Assembly (NCBI GenBank): GCA_963642565.1
Contig: CAVIGZ010000004.1
Coordinates: forward strand, 4,054 to 68,053
DNA: 64,000 nucleotides
Direction: 5' to 3'
DNA from: Bacteroidaceae bacterium
GTDB lineage: Bacteria; Bacteroidota; Bacteroidia; Bacteroidales; UBA932
Below are positions 1-9,755 of this stretch, in pieces. Every line of letters begins with the position of its first letter. Within the stretch, counting starts at the first letter, position 1. The notes under the pieces were generated by a model, which was not told the DNA's origin, ran no database searches, and was given only the letters and a program-made list of their open reading frames with translations. The position numbers and the translations under genes were made by a program.

Positions 1-2
1 TC

Positions 3-1628
3 CCCTGCCGGAAGCTCTGCCGAAAACTTAAAAAATGTTCCACGTGGAACAAAATTCAACAATCCGGAAAGAGAAATCTCGGGGCGGGAGGCAAGATCCG
101 AAATTCGTTTAGACTCCGAAAGTGTCGCGGAATCATGCTCGGCAAGATAATCATTGATGACATCGGCCCGCAAATTCACATTGTCGCACATCTGTGAAAG
201 AGCTGCAACAGCATCATACTTCCGGCGCATCAAATCCAATCGGCGAGGTGAGGCCAGACCAATCTTATGAGACTTTTCCGTCAGACGCAAATCCGCATTG
301 TCCTGTCGAAGCAGAATCCTGTACTCGGCCCGGGAAGTGAACATTCTATACGGCTCGTCAACCCCCTTCGTGATCAAGTCATCAATCAGAACACCAATGT
401 ACGACTCGTCGCGGCGGAGGATGAACGGATCCTGTCCATGAACCTTCAAATGAGCGTTAATGCCGGCCATAATCCCTTGAGCTCCAGCCTCTTCATAGCC
501 TGTAGTACCATTGACCTGACCCGCCAAATAAAGACCTTCTACATCTTTAAGTTCAAGAGTCTCACGAAGTTGCGTAGGATCAAAGTAATCATATTCAACA
601 GCATAGGCTGGTTTGAAAATCTTTGCGTCCTCCAATCCGGCTATTGAATGCAAGGCATCCAACTGAACATCCAACGGAAGGGATGAAGAGAAACCCTGAA
701 GATAATATTCATTGGTGTCACTCCCCTCCGGTTCAAGGAACAACTGATGGGAATCCTTGTCCGGGAAAACCCGAAGTTTATCCTCGATGCTCGGACAATA
801 CCTCGGACCGCGGCCGGAGATCATTCCGGTAAACATCGGCGAATCCTTGAAGCCTGACCTGAGGATTTCGTGAACCTTCACATTGGTGTGAAGAATAAAG
901 CAAGGCATCTGCTCTTCCCTGCCTTGAACCCTTGACGGAACATCAAGATAAGAGAAACGTTCCGGTTTTTCATCGCCTGACTGTTGAAGAAGTCTTGAGG
1001 TGTCAACAGAGGAAATGTCAATCCTCGGAGGAGTGCCTGTCTTCATGCGACCGGTCCTAAGTCCGAGACTGACGAGCTGCTCTGTCAGACCATGTGAGGA
1101 CAACTCCCCTATCCTGCCTCCTTCAAAAGAAGTGCGGCCGATGAACATTCTCCCATTGAGGAACGTTCCTGTGGCCAGAATAACCGCCTGAGACTTGAAA
1201 ATTGCCCCGGTATTTGTCTTGACCCCGCAGATTTTTGAATTCTCAAAGAGAAAAGATGTGATAAAATCCGCATAAAGGTCTAATTTACAATTACTTTCAA
1301 GAATATTCCTCCAACATGCCGAAAAGGCCTGTTTGTCGCATTGCGCGCGCGGACTCCACATAGCCGGCCCCTTCGAGCGGTTCAGCATCCTGAACTGGAG
1401 AGTCGATGCGTCTGTGACCAGGCCCATCATTCCACCGAGAGCGTCAATCTCCCGGACGATTTGTCCCTTGGCTATTCCTCCCACCGCAGGATTGCAGGAC
1501 ATGCGCGCGAAACTGTTGAGATCGGCATTGACCAGCAAAACGGAAGATCCGAGATTGGCGGCGGCAGCGGCAGCCTCACAACCGGCATGTCCCCCACCGA
1601 CAACTATCACATCATAAGAATATGTCAT
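3..1628 (-). CDS. mnmG: tRNA uridine-5-carboxymethylaminomethyl modification enzyme MnmG/GidA (partial, runs off left edge)
   Basis: Absent from the ORF track because it has no stop in the window. The minus strand from ATG at 1628 reads [24 protein letters not shown] (GidA FAD-binding N-terminus). The same frame near the left edge is open (…[22 protein letters not shown]…). Confidence 0.95.
   Translation of the reverse strand, partial: MTYSYDVIVVGGGHAGCEAAAAAANLGSSVLLVNADLNSFARMSCNPAVGGIAKGQIVREIDALGGMMGLVTDASTLQFRMLNRSKGPAMWSPRAQCDKQAFSACWRNILESNCKLDLYADFITSFLFENSKICGVKTNTGAIFKSQAVILATGTFLNGRMFIGRTSFEGGRIGELSSHGLTEQLVSLGLRTGRMKTGTPPRIDISSVDTSRLLQQSGDEKPERFSYLDVPSRVQGREEQMPCFILHTNVKVHEILRSGFKDSPMFTGMISGRGPRYCPSIEDKLRVFPDKDSHQLFLEPEGSDTNEYYLQGFSSSLPLDVQLDALHSIAGLEDAKIFKPAYAVEYDYFDPTQLRETLELKDVEGLYLAGQVNGTTGYEEAGAQGIMAGINAHLKVHGQDPFILRRDESYIGVLIDDLITKGVDEPYRMFTSRAEYRILLRQDNADLRLTEKSHKIGLASPRRLDLMRRKYDAVAALSQMCDNVNLRADVINDYLAEHDSATLSESKRISDLASRPEISLSGLLNFVPRGTFFKFSAELPAG
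36..51. promoter_or_regulatory. parS centromere-like site (TGTTCCACGTGGAACA) inside mnmG
   Basis: Perfect 16-bp palindrome matching the widespread parS consensus TGTTNCACGTGAAACA. Confidence 0.85.
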
Positions 1629-1695
1629 ATTCAAGAAAATTTAAACCACCACCGCCTGGCAATGGCATTGTTTTTATGAATATATTCAAAAATAA

Positions 1696-2115
1696 CTATG
1701 CCTTGTCCCTCAGACTAAGGTAGTAGTCCTCCTTGGCGCGCATCACCTTCCGGTCTTCGGGCGTGTGGTCATCGTAGCCTATGAGATGAAGAAGACCGTG
1801 GACCATCACACGGTGAAGTTCCTCATCAAACTCGGTTCCGAACTCGATAGCATTCTCACGCACACTGTCTATGCTTATGAACAAGTCACCTGAAAGCTTG
1901 TCTCCTTCGCAATAGTCAAAGGTTATGACATCTGTAAAATAGTCATGGTGCAGGTAACGGATGTTGACATCAAGAATGTAATTGTCTGAACAAAAAATTA
2001 TTGAGATGTCACCAAGAGTCCTTATCTCGCTTCCGGCGACCATTTTAAGCCATCTGTTGTTGGCTATCTTGTTCTTGAGAAGGAACTTGATGTCCTCGCA
2101 ATAATACCTGACCAT
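1696..2115 (-). CDS. ybeY: rRNA maturation endoribonuclease YbeY
   Basis: HGLLHLIGYDD (H3xH5xH motif), TDVITFDY, GDLFISID. Confidence 0.95.
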   Translation of the reverse strand: MVRYYCEDIKFLLKNKIANNRWLKMVAGSEIRTLGDISIIFCSDNYILDVNIRYLHHDYFTDVITFDYCEGDKLSGDLFISIDSVRENAIEFGTEFDEELHRVMVHGLLHLIGYDDHTPEDRKVMRAKEDYYLSLRDKA

Positions 2116-2131
2116 AACCCTGAATTTTACG

Positions 2132-2189
2132 CAAATCTACAACTAATAATTCAAAAAATTTGAAATGACAATTATTATTTCTATCTTTG
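2132..2189. promoter_or_regulatory. Divergent Bacteroidetes sigma-A -7 elements (ybeY-mnmG / tonB)
   Basis: TAGATTTG on the minus strand (2132-2139) and TATCTTTG on the plus strand (2182-2189) match TAnnTTTG. Confidence 0.6.
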
Positions 2190-2253
2190 AAAGCCTATTG
2201 GAAGGTTTTGTTTCAAGGCACATAAGAAATGATTGTTAAAATTAATTACTGAT

Positions 2254-2943
2254 ATGGAAATCAAGAAAACACCAAAAGCCGATCTTGAGAACAGAAGAAC
2301 TCTCTACACGGAGATCGGACTCGTGGTCGCTCTTCTCGTAGTCTGGGGAGCTTTTTCCTACAGCACAAAGGAGAAAGCTGTCGCCAGTCTGGGTGAAGAC
2401 ACTATGGTAGTTGAAGTCGAGGACATGGTTCCTATCACTCAGGAGACACCTCCACCACCTCCAGAGGCACCGAAGATTCCTGTACTCTCTGACCAGATCG
2501 ACATCGTTGAGGATGACATCAAGGTTGAGGACAACTTCATGAGCCTTGAGGATGACGCCAACCTCGGAGTCGAGATTATGGACTATGTTGAGGAAGTAAA
2601 GGAGGAAGTTGTTGAGGAAGAGGCTATTCCTTTCCAGCTCGTTGAGGAGAAACCTTCATTCAACGGTGGAGACGCCAACGAATTTTCAAAGTGGGTGAAT
2701 TCCAAGCTTCAGTACCCTGAGATCGCAAAGGAGAATGGTGTGCAGGGACGTGTCACACTTCAGTTCACTGTCAATCCTGACGGTACCGTAAGCAATGTGA
2801 AAGTTCTTCGCGGAGTTGACTCCTCACTCGACAAGGAGGCCGTCAGAGTAGTTTCCATGTCCCCGAAGTGGAAGCCGGGAAAGCAGCGTGACCGCGCTGT
2901 GAAGGTAACCTACACCTTCCCTGTAATCTTCCAGTTGAGGTAA
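2254..2943 (+). CDS. tonB: Energy transducer TonB
   Basis: MEIKKTPKADLEN start, one TM helix, poly-Pro linker, C-terminal TonB domain (YPEIAKENGVQGRV…WKPGKQR). ATG 2254 preferred over TTG 2233. Confidence 0.92.
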   Translation: MEIKKTPKADLENRRTLYTEIGLVVALLVVWGAFSYSTKEKAVASLGEDTMVVEVEDMVPITQETPPPPPEAPKIPVLSDQIDIVEDDIKVEDNFMSLEDDANLGVEIMDYVEEVKEEVVEEEAIPFQLVEEKPSFNGGDANEFSKWVNSKLQYPEIAKENGVQGRVTLQFTVNPDGTVSNVKVLRGVDSSLDKEAVRVVSMSPKWKPGKQRDRAVKVTYTFPVIFQLR

Positions 2944-2966
2944 TCAGAAATCACAACATGAACACC

Positions 2967-2996
2967 AAGGCCGTCCCCAACCGGATGGCCTTTTTT
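2967..2996 (+). terminator. Intrinsic terminator after tonB
   Basis: AAGGCCGTCC/GGATGGCCTT stem followed by a T-run. Confidence 0.7.
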
Positions 2997-2997
2997 A

Positions 2998-4185
2998 ATG
3001 AATATGGAAGAATTGACAGAGAAAGCCGTCTTTGTCGGCATCATCAGGCAGAATGATGACGACAGAAAGGTGATGGAGTATCTTGACGAACTTGAGTTTC
3101 TGGCGGAGACGGCAGGGGCCAAAGGCGACATGAAGTTCATTCAGAGACTTGACAAACCGGAAAAAGCCACCTACATCAGAAGCGGAAAACTTCAGGAGAT
3201 TGCTGACTACTGCGAGGAAAACGAGATAAAGTACGTGATCTTCGACGATGAGTTGACAGGAATGCAGCAAAGGAACATCGAGAAGGTAATCAGCTGCAGT
3301 TCAGTCATTGACAGAACCAGCCTTATTCTCGAGATTTTTGCGCAGCGTGCCAAGACATCCTACGCCAAGATGCAGGTCGAGCTCGCCCGCTACAACTACA
3401 TGCTCCCGAGACTGGCCGGAATGTGGACTCATCTTGAGAGACAGAGAGGAGGCATGGGTACGAGAGGAGGTATGGGTGAGACCCAGATTGAGATTGACCG
3501 CCGGATCGTAAAGGAACGCATAGCAAGACTCAAGGAACAGCTGAAGAAAGTCGATAAGCAGATGTCCACGCAAAGGGGCAATAGAGGCTCTATGGTGCGA
3601 CTTTCCCTCGTGGGCTATACAAATGTAGGGAAGAGCACAATAATGAATCTGCTGGCCAAATCTGACGTTTTTGCCGAAAACAAACTCTTCGCCACCCTTG
3701 ACACTACAGTCAGAAAGGTCGTGATAGAGAATGTACCGTTTTTGCTTAGCGACACCGTCGGATTCATCAGAAAACTTCCTACACAGCTTGTCGAGGCTTT
3801 CAAAAGCACTTTGGATGAGGTGCGTGAGGCCGACATCCTGCTGCATGTCGTGGACATCTCGCACCCTGGCTTTGAGGAGCAGATGGAGGTAGTTGAGAGA
3901 ACACTACAGGAAATTGGTGCCAGCAACAAGCCGGTCTATGTGATTTTCAATAAGATAGATGCCTACACCTACGAGGAGTACGATGAATTCTCTCTGACTC
4001 CGAAAGGCAAGGAGAACCGTTCTCTGGAGGAGTTGAAAAACAGCTGGATAGCGCAGGAAAAGACCCCTTGCATCTTCATGTCCGCAATCAACAGGACCAA
4101 CATCGGGAAGCTCCGCAGCGACATCTACAAGATGGTGGCCGAAATCCATGCCGGCCGCTATCCGTTCAATAACTTCCTCTGGTAA
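2998..4185 (+). CDS. hflX: Ribosome-splitting GTPase HflX
   Basis: GYTNVGKS, LFATLDTT, DTVGFI, NKID G-motifs, plus HflX N-domain (IFDDEL, GETQIEIDRR). Confidence 0.97.
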   Translation: MNMEELTEKAVFVGIIRQNDDDRKVMEYLDELEFLAETAGAKGDMKFIQRLDKPEKATYIRSGKLQEIADYCEENEIKYVIFDDELTGMQQRNIEKVISCSSVIDRTSLILEIFAQRAKTSYAKMQVELARYNYMLPRLAGMWTHLERQRGGMGTRGGMGETQIEIDRRIVKERIARLKEQLKKVDKQMSTQRGNRGSMVRLSLVGYTNVGKSTIMNLLAKSDVFAENKLFATLDTTVRKVVIENVPFLLSDTVGFIRKLPTQLVEAFKSTLDEVREADILLHVVDISHPGFEEQMEVVERTLQEIGASNKPVYVIFNKIDAYTYEEYDEFSLTPKGKENRSLEELKNSWIAQEKTPCIFMSAINRTNIGKLRSDIYKMVAEIHAGRYPFNNFLW

Positions 4186-4229
4186 TCTAACATTGGCTTT
4201 ACATCTAAAAGATTCTGTATATCATAAAT

Positions 4230-4295
4230 AGCCAAAAAAGTCTCTCACGAAATTTTTCACGTTACAAAAATTTCGAGTAGAGACTTTTATTGGCT
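4230..4295. repeat. Long imperfect AT-rich inverted repeat
   Basis: AGCCAAAAAAGTCTCTCACGAAATTTTT (4230-4257) pairs with AAAAATTTCGAGTAGAGACTTTTATTGGCT (4266-4295) with two single-base bulges and one mismatch. Confidence 0.75.
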
Positions 4296-4336
4296 TTGAA
4301 AGATTTCTGCCCTATAAATACCGACATATAGTTTAA

Positions 4337-4379
4337 AAAACGTCCGGTCGCTTCGACAGGCTCAGCGACCGGACGTTTT
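4337..4379. terminator. REP-like palindrome, probably acting as bidirectional terminator between convergent hflX and sdhB
   Basis: Perfect 16-bp stem AAAACGTCCGGTCGCT/AGCGACCGGACGTTTT around loop TCGACAGGCTC. The core recurs at 54070. Confidence 0.75.
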
Positions 4380-4394
4380 ATAAATCAGATAATT

Positions 4395-5174
4395 CTACTC
4401 AGCGAACTTCGCCTTGAGGAACTCGCGGTTGAGACGGGCGATGTGGTCGATGGAGATTCCCTTCGGGCACTCCATCTCGCAGGCACGTGTGTTCGTGCAG
4501 CTTCCGAAACCAAGCTCCTCCATCTTCGCAACCATATTCCTTGCCCTTCTTGCGGCCTCAGGACGACCCTGAGGAAGCAGAGCGAGTGAACTTACCCTTG
4601 CGGCCACGAACAACATCGCAGAGCCGTTCTTGCACGTTGCCACGCAAGCGCCGCAACCAACGCACGCGGCTGCGTCCATGCTCTTCTCCGCATTGTCGTG
4701 AGAGATGAGAATATTGTTGGCATCCTGAGCGGAACCTGTTCTGACAGAGATGAATCCTCCAGCCTGAAGAATCTTGTCGAACGCACTGCGGTCAACAACC
4801 AGATCCTTGATAATAGGAAAACCGGCACTTCTGAAAGGCTCCACAGTGATGGTGGCGCCATCCTTGAAATGACGCATGAAAAGCTGGCAGGTCGTGACGT
4901 GATCGTCCGGTCCGTGCGCGCGGCCGTCGATGAACAACGAGCAGGCACCGCAGATGCCCTCGCGGCAGTCATGGTCGAAAGAAACAGGACCGCTGCTCTG
5001 GCAGCCTCTGTCAACGGCTACTGGATCGTTACCCTCACGGATCAGCTGCTCATTAAGGATGTCAAGCATTTCGAGGAAAGAGGCGTCCTCCTCTATTCCG
5101 GAAATATGATAAGTCTCAAAATGACCTTGTTCCCCGGCGTTCTTCTGACGCCATATCTTAAGATTGAAATCCAT
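4395..5174 (-). CDS. sdhB: Succinate dehydrogenase/fumarate reductase iron-sulfur subunit
   Basis: [14 protein letters not shown] [2Fe-2S] motif, [11 protein letters not shown] and [12 protein letters not shown] ferredoxin motifs. Confidence 0.95.
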   Translation of the reverse strand: MDFNLKIWRQKNAGEQGHFETYHISGIEEDASFLEMLDILNEQLIREGNDPVAVDRGCQSSGPVSFDHDCREGICGACSLFIDGRAHGPDDHVTTCQLFMRHFKDGATITVEPFRSAGFPIIKDLVVDRSAFDKILQAGGFISVRTGSAQDANNILISHDNAEKSMDAAACVGCGACVATCKNGSAMLFVAARVSSLALLPQGRPEAARRARNMVAKMEELGFGSCTNTRACEMECPKGISIDHIARLNREFLKAKFAE

Positions 5175-5182
5175 AGCCGATT

Positions 5183-7129
5183 CTAGTCTTTATAATTTCT
5201 TGTTTTAACTTCGATGAACTCGTACTTGAGAGGCTCCTTGTGAAGCTCAGGCTCCTGGCCTTCTCCCTTGTACTCCCAGGCGGCGACATACATGTATTTC
5301 GCGTCGTCTCTCTTGGCCTCCCCTTCCTCGGTCTGGCTCTCCACACGGAAGTGACCGCCGCAGGACTCCTTTCTGTTCAAGGCGTCACGGGCCATAAGCT
5401 CGCCGATCTCGAAGAAGTCCTCAAGCCTGAGGGCTTTCTCAAGCTCCTGGTTGAACTGATTCTGCTCTCCCGGAACGCAGACATCTTTGTAGAACACAGC
5501 CTTGAGGTCATTGATTTCATGAATGGCCTTCTTCAAACCTTCCTCATCGCGGGCCATGCCCACATACTCCCACATGATGTTGCCCAGCTTCTTGTGGATG
5601 GAATCGACAGTCTGCTTACCCTTGATGGAGAAGAGCCTGTCGATTCTGGCCTGAACATCCTTCTCGGCCTTGTCGAAGGCAGGATCGTTGATGTCGGTCT
5701 TTGGCTCGGCGAACTTGTGCGAAAGGTAGTCGGCGATAGTGATAGGCAGCACGAAGTAACCGTCAGCAAGACCCTGCATGAGGGCTGAAGCTCCGAGACG
5801 GTTTCCGCCGTGGTCTGAGAAGTTGGCCTCACCGATGGCATAGAGTCCCGGGATGGTGGTCTGAAGATCGTAGTCAACCCAGATGCCTCCCATCGTGTAG
5901 TGGATGGCAGGATAGATCATCATAGGCTCCTCCCAAGGGCTTACGTTATTGATCTTGAAGTACATGTCGAAGAGGTTGCCGTAACGCTCCTGCACTCTCT
6001 GGTGACCGAGACGCTTGATGGCCTCCGAGAAGTCAAGGAACACGGCGAGACCTGTCTCGTTGACTCCGTAACCGGCGTCGCATCTCTCTTTGGCGGCTCT
6101 CGAAGCCACGTCACGAGGCACGAGGTTGCCGAAGGCAGGGTAACGGCGCTCAAGATAGTAGTCACGATCCTCCTCTGGAATCTGTGAAGGCTTGATCTCG
6201 TGTTTGCGGAGCTTCATCACATCCTCCATCTTCTTAGGAACCCAGATACGTCCGTCGTTACGCAGGGACTCTGACATGAGGGTCAGCTTGCACTGCTGGT
6301 CTCCGTGTACCGGGATGCATGTAGGGTGGATCTGCGCGAAGCAAGGATTGGCGAAATACGCTCCCTTCTTGTAGCACTGCCATGCGGCCGAACCGTTGCT
6401 GTTCATGGCGTTGGTTGAAAGGAAGTAGGTGTTGCCGTAGCCGCCTGTGGCGATCACGACAGCGTGCGCTCCGAATCTCTCAAGCTTGCCGGTCACAAGG
6501 TTACGGGCGATGATGCCCTTCGCCTGTCCGTCGATGATGACAAGGTCAAGCATCTCGTGACGAGGATAGCTTGTCACCGTTCCGGCGGCGATCTGGCGGT
6601 TCAAAGCCGCATAGGCGCCCAGAAGGAGCTGCTGTCCGGTTTGTCCGCGGGCATAGAAAGTACGGCTTACCTGAACACCTCCGAAAGAGCGGTTGGCAAG
6701 GTAGCCGCCGTACTCGCGGGCGAAAGGAACTCCCTGCGCCACACACTGGTCGATAATTGCTGCGCTCACCTCGGCGAGACGATAGACATTGGCCTCGCGG
6801 CTGCGGTAGTCGCCACCCTTGATCGTGTCGTAGAAAAGACGATAGACGGCGTCGTTGTCATTCTGATAGTTCTTTGCGGCGTTGATTCCACCCTGAGCGG
6901 CTATCGAGTGCGCGCGGCGAGGGGAATCACTGATGCAGAAAACCTTGACATTGTAGCCAAGCTCACCGAGAGTGGCGGCTGCGGAAGCGCCGCCAAGTCC
7001 GGTACCGACAACGATGATTTCAAGCTTTCTTCTGTTGTTCGGATTGACGAGTCGGAGTTCCGACTTACGTCTGGTCCATTTCTCGGCCAAAGGACCGTCA
7101 GGAATCTTTGAGATTAATTTATCGGCCAT
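5183..7129 (-). CDS. sdhA: Succinate dehydrogenase/fumarate reductase flavoprotein subunit
   Basis: [13 protein letters not shown] motif, [13 protein letters not shown] (covalent FAD His), [22 protein letters not shown]. Confidence 0.96.
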   Translation of the reverse strand: MADKLISKIPDGPLAEKWTRRKSELRLVNPNNRRKLEIIVVGTGLGGASAAATLGELGYNVKVFCISDSPRRAHSIAAQGGINAAKNYQNDNDAVYRLFYDTIKGGDYRSREANVYRLAEVSAAIIDQCVAQGVPFAREYGGYLANRSFGGVQVSRTFYARGQTGQQLLLGAYAALNRQIAAGTVTSYPRHEMLDLVIIDGQAKGIIARNLVTGKLERFGAHAVVIATGGYGNTYFLSTNAMNSNGSAAWQCYKKGAYFANPCFAQIHPTCIPVHGDQQCKLTLMSESLRNDGRIWVPKKMEDVMKLRKHEIKPSQIPEEDRDYYLERRYPAFGNLVPRDVASRAAKERCDAGYGVNETGLAVFLDFSEAIKRLGHQRVQERYGNLFDMYFKINNVSPWEEPMMIYPAIHYTMGGIWVDYDLQTTIPGLYAIGEANFSDHGGNRLGASALMQGLADGYFVLPITIADYLSHKFAEPKTDINDPAFDKAEKDVQARIDRLFSIKGKQTVDSIHKKLGNIMWEYVGMARDEEGLKKAIHEINDLKAVFYKDVCVPGEQNQFNQELEKALRLEDFFEIGELMARDALNRKESCGGHFRVESQTEEGEAKRDDAKYMYVAAWEYKGEGQEPELHKEPLKYEFIEVKTRNYKD

Positions 7130-7240
7130 ATTCTGAATATGTTATTTATAAAATTCAAAACAAGTAATCGTTAAAATCTTAGCCAAACCGGAGGGCAATT
7201 ATTTTCCCCCTCTTATCAAAATCGCAATAAGTCTGCAATT

Positions 7241-8332
7241 TTAGTCATTTTTCTCGTAATCAGCAATTCTAAAAGCCATTTTCGGTTGTTTACCGACACA
7301 AATTTTATTATAACGGCGGTAAATCCTCCTTGTGAAGCGGTCGTAACGCCGAAGCGACATTTCATTTGAAAAATGATCGTCAACGAACCTCTCCACCTCT
7401 CTGCAGTCCTCTTCGCAGCCATGCTCAAACCCAAAGGCAGATTTCAAGGCAAGAGCGGCGTCACAAATCGCAGAGTTTTCACTCTCCTGCGACTTTTTCA
7501 TAAAATAAGGAATATGATCGCTCTCAAACACTTTCAAAGGCACATAGACAGAAGTCGTCGGATTGCCAAGAAGCGTCCACATTACCGTGTTACAAGGATC
7601 CACCCCAGAAGAAACCCCTTCAAAGACGACCGCGGCTGATGTGATGTTGCGCATAATGGGCTTTCCGGTACGCGACACCTCGTTGAAGAGAAACTTATGA
7701 TCGACAGTGAATATGTCAGCGGAAGCCATTATTCCGGATGCTTTTTCGAACCTATCGACTCCTTTGCGATCCTCTTTTCGGCCACTCCTTGTGAAATTAG
7801 TCACTACCATATACCCGCCGGGCTGGTCAGCCACGATGTACTTCTTCCACGAATGGTTGTTAACTTCATAATACGCGGCCTCTCCGAGCGCGTCAATGAT
7901 TCCGAAATTAGCCTCCACACCCCAAGGCTTCGGAAGCGAATCAAGCATATCCTCAAAATCTTGAAGACAGCGGCATATCCCCAGAGCCTTGTACATGACA
8001 ATTCCCTCCTTGTCCATTTCGGAGGAAGGAACGTCATCATCCTTGAGGTCGTAGGTGGCTGTGTTCATGATGCAGAAGCCGGCGGAGTTGACTCCAGACC
8101 ACACCTCTCCGGCCCGCGACGGCGAATTCACAAGACCTATGAATGAATATTCAGGTCCTTGGAACCACTCCATCCTGTTGTTCAACTCCCCTGTGTCCCG
8201 ATGCTTGAACATCACAGGACGGCCGTCGGAGCGCACTCCCCCGGAAACAATCACTGATGTACAACAAAGTGCCTTTAATGAAATAAATAAAAGTGCGGAA
8301 ACTACAGCTGATATTCTAAAAAAGCGTGCCAT
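7241..8332 (-). CDS. Secreted Ntn-hydrolase (C45/C69-like acyltransferase/amidase)
   Basis: Signal peptide from ATG 8332 followed by CTSVIVSG…KHRD (N-terminal Cys nucleophile) and [11 protein letters not shown]. Confidence 0.7.
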   Translation of the reverse strand: MARFFRISAVVSALLFISLKALCCTSVIVSGGVRSDGRPVMFKHRDTGELNNRMEWFQGPEYSFIGLVNSPSRAGEVWSGVNSAGFCIMNTATYDLKDDDVPSSEMDKEGIVMYKALGICRCLQDFEDMLDSLPKPWGVEANFGIIDALGEAAYYEVNNHSWKKYIVADQPGGYMVVTNFTRSGRKEDRKGVDRFEKASGIMASADIFTVDHKFLFNEVSRTGKPIMRNITSAAVVFEGVSSGVDPCNTVMWTLLGNPTTSVYVPLKVFESDHIPYFMKKSQESENSAICDAALALKSAFGFEHGCEEDCREVERFVDDHFSNEMSLRRYDRFTRRIYRRYNKICVGKQPKMAFRIADYEKND

Positions 8333-9347
8333 TGTCTTCTTTTCTTGATTCAAGTTCGGCGTCCAGACCAAGATGACGGTAGGCCATCTCGGTGGCGACC
8401 CGGCCTCTCTGCGTCCTAACGATGAAGCCCTCCTTGATGAGGAACGGCTCGTAAACCTCCTCGAATGTACCCTGATCCTCACTTATCGCCGTGGCGATCG
8501 TGTTGGCCCCGACCGGACCTCCCTTGAACGTGGTGATGATGGTGCGGAGGATCTTGTTGTCGATGGAATCCAGTCCCCTCTTGTCTATCTTCAACTTGTC
8601 AAGGGCGTAACGGGAAATGTTCAGGTCTATGTGTCCGTCCCCCATCACCTGGGCGAAATCACGCACACGCTTCAGAAGAGCGTTGGCGATACGTGGAGTT
8701 CCGCGGCTCCTCAGAGCGATCTCCTTCGCGGCCTCGTCATCGATGGTCACGTTCAGGATCCGGGCGCTCCTGCGCACGATGCGGATCAGATCGGATGTGT
8801 CGTAATACTCTAGGGCGCAATTGATTCCGAACCTTTCCCGGAGAGGCGCCGTAAGCAGGCCGCTCCTGGTTGTCGCCCCGACAAGAGTGAACGGATTGAG
8901 GGAAATCCTGACCGACCTCGCTCCCGGCCCCTTGTCTATCATGATGTCGATGACATAGTCCTCCATAGCCGAGTAAAGATACTCCTCGACCTCCGGAGAG
9001 AGCCGGTGGATCTCGTCGATGAACAGCACGTCACCGGTCTCCAAAGACGTAAGCAGACCGGCCAGGTCCCCCGGCTTGTCCAACACAGGACCGGAAGTCA
9101 CCTTCATGTTCACACCCATCTCGTTGGCGATGATGTGCGCAAGAGTTGTCTTTCCAAGACCTGGAGGCCCGTGAAAGAGCACATGGTCAAGGGCTTCACT
9201 TCTCATCTTCGCCGCTTTGACATAGATGTTCAGATTCGAGACAATCTCTTTCTGTCCTGTGAAATCTTCCAGACCTTGAGGGCGGATTATTCCGTCCAAA
9301 TCCTTATCTTTGCCGGCGTTTGTACTGTGCGGATCAAATTCTGTCAT
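8316..9347 (-). CDS. ruvB: Holliday junction branch migration helicase RuvB
   Basis: [41 protein letters not shown]. Confidence 0.98.
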   Translation of the reverse strand: MTEFDPHSTNAGKDKDLDGIIRPQGLEDFTGQKEIVSNLNIYVKAAKMRSEALDHVLFHGPPGLGKTTLAHIIANEMGVNMKVTSGPVLDKPGDLAGLLTSLETGDVLFIDEIHRLSPEVEEYLYSAMEDYVIDIMIDKGPGARSVRISLNPFTLVGATTRSGLLTAPLRERFGINCALEYYDTSDLIRIVRRSARILNVTIDDEAAKEIALRSRGTPRIANALLKRVRDFAQVMGDGHIDLNISRYALDKLKIDKRGLDSIDNKILRTIITTFKGGPVGANTIATAISEDQGTFEEVYEPFLIKEGFIVRTQRGRVATEMAYRHLGLDAELESRKEDNGTLF

Positions 9348-9362
9348 CAGAAATTGTTTTAG

Positions 9363-9755
9363 TCAGTACAAAGATAGTTAAAACAGCCGGAAGAATGAGA
9401 AGCTGTTTTGAATTGTTTGTTTGAAGGTTTATTCACCTCAAAGAACATTTCAAAAAAATCAAAACAGCTTCTGAAAGTCCGGCGAATCCGTCAGCCACAA
9501 GGTCAATGAAAAAAAATATAATTGAAAGATTTATATGATTTGTTGATTCTGTATAGGTTGTTAATTTGTTGATAACTTGATTTTATCATTGAAAACCAAA
9601 TTATTGCATGCCGCATAAATTGTTGGTTAAGTTAAGGAAAAGTTTTTGATGAGTTGTGGAAAAGTCAGCGGATCCGGAAAACCGACATTCCACATCATTT
9701 TTTTCACAGGGTTTTCAACAGTTTTTAAACAAGATTCAGACGTTTATGTTGATAA
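9363..9755. other. Candidate replication origin oriC (AT-rich, clustered DnaA-box-like 9-mers)
   Basis: TGTTGATAA at 9567 and 9747, TGTGGAAAA 9655, TTTTTCACA 9700, TTTTCAACA 9712, TTTTAAACA 9723, CATTCCACA 9686. AT-rich stretch at about 9505-9650. Lies near parS and mnmG. Confidence 0.55.

Noticed and set aside
267..1679. Several short plus-strand ORFs
   Set aside because: All lie antisense to mnmG, which the ORF track missed because it runs off the window.
4230..4295. Integron attC site
   Set aside because: The bulged hairpin is reminiscent, but RYYYAAC/GTTRRRY ends, a cassette array and an integron integrase are absent.
9656..9745. N-terminal extension of Mfd
   Set aside because: Runs through the DnaA-box-like cluster and looks non-coding. 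ATG 9746 is more plausible.
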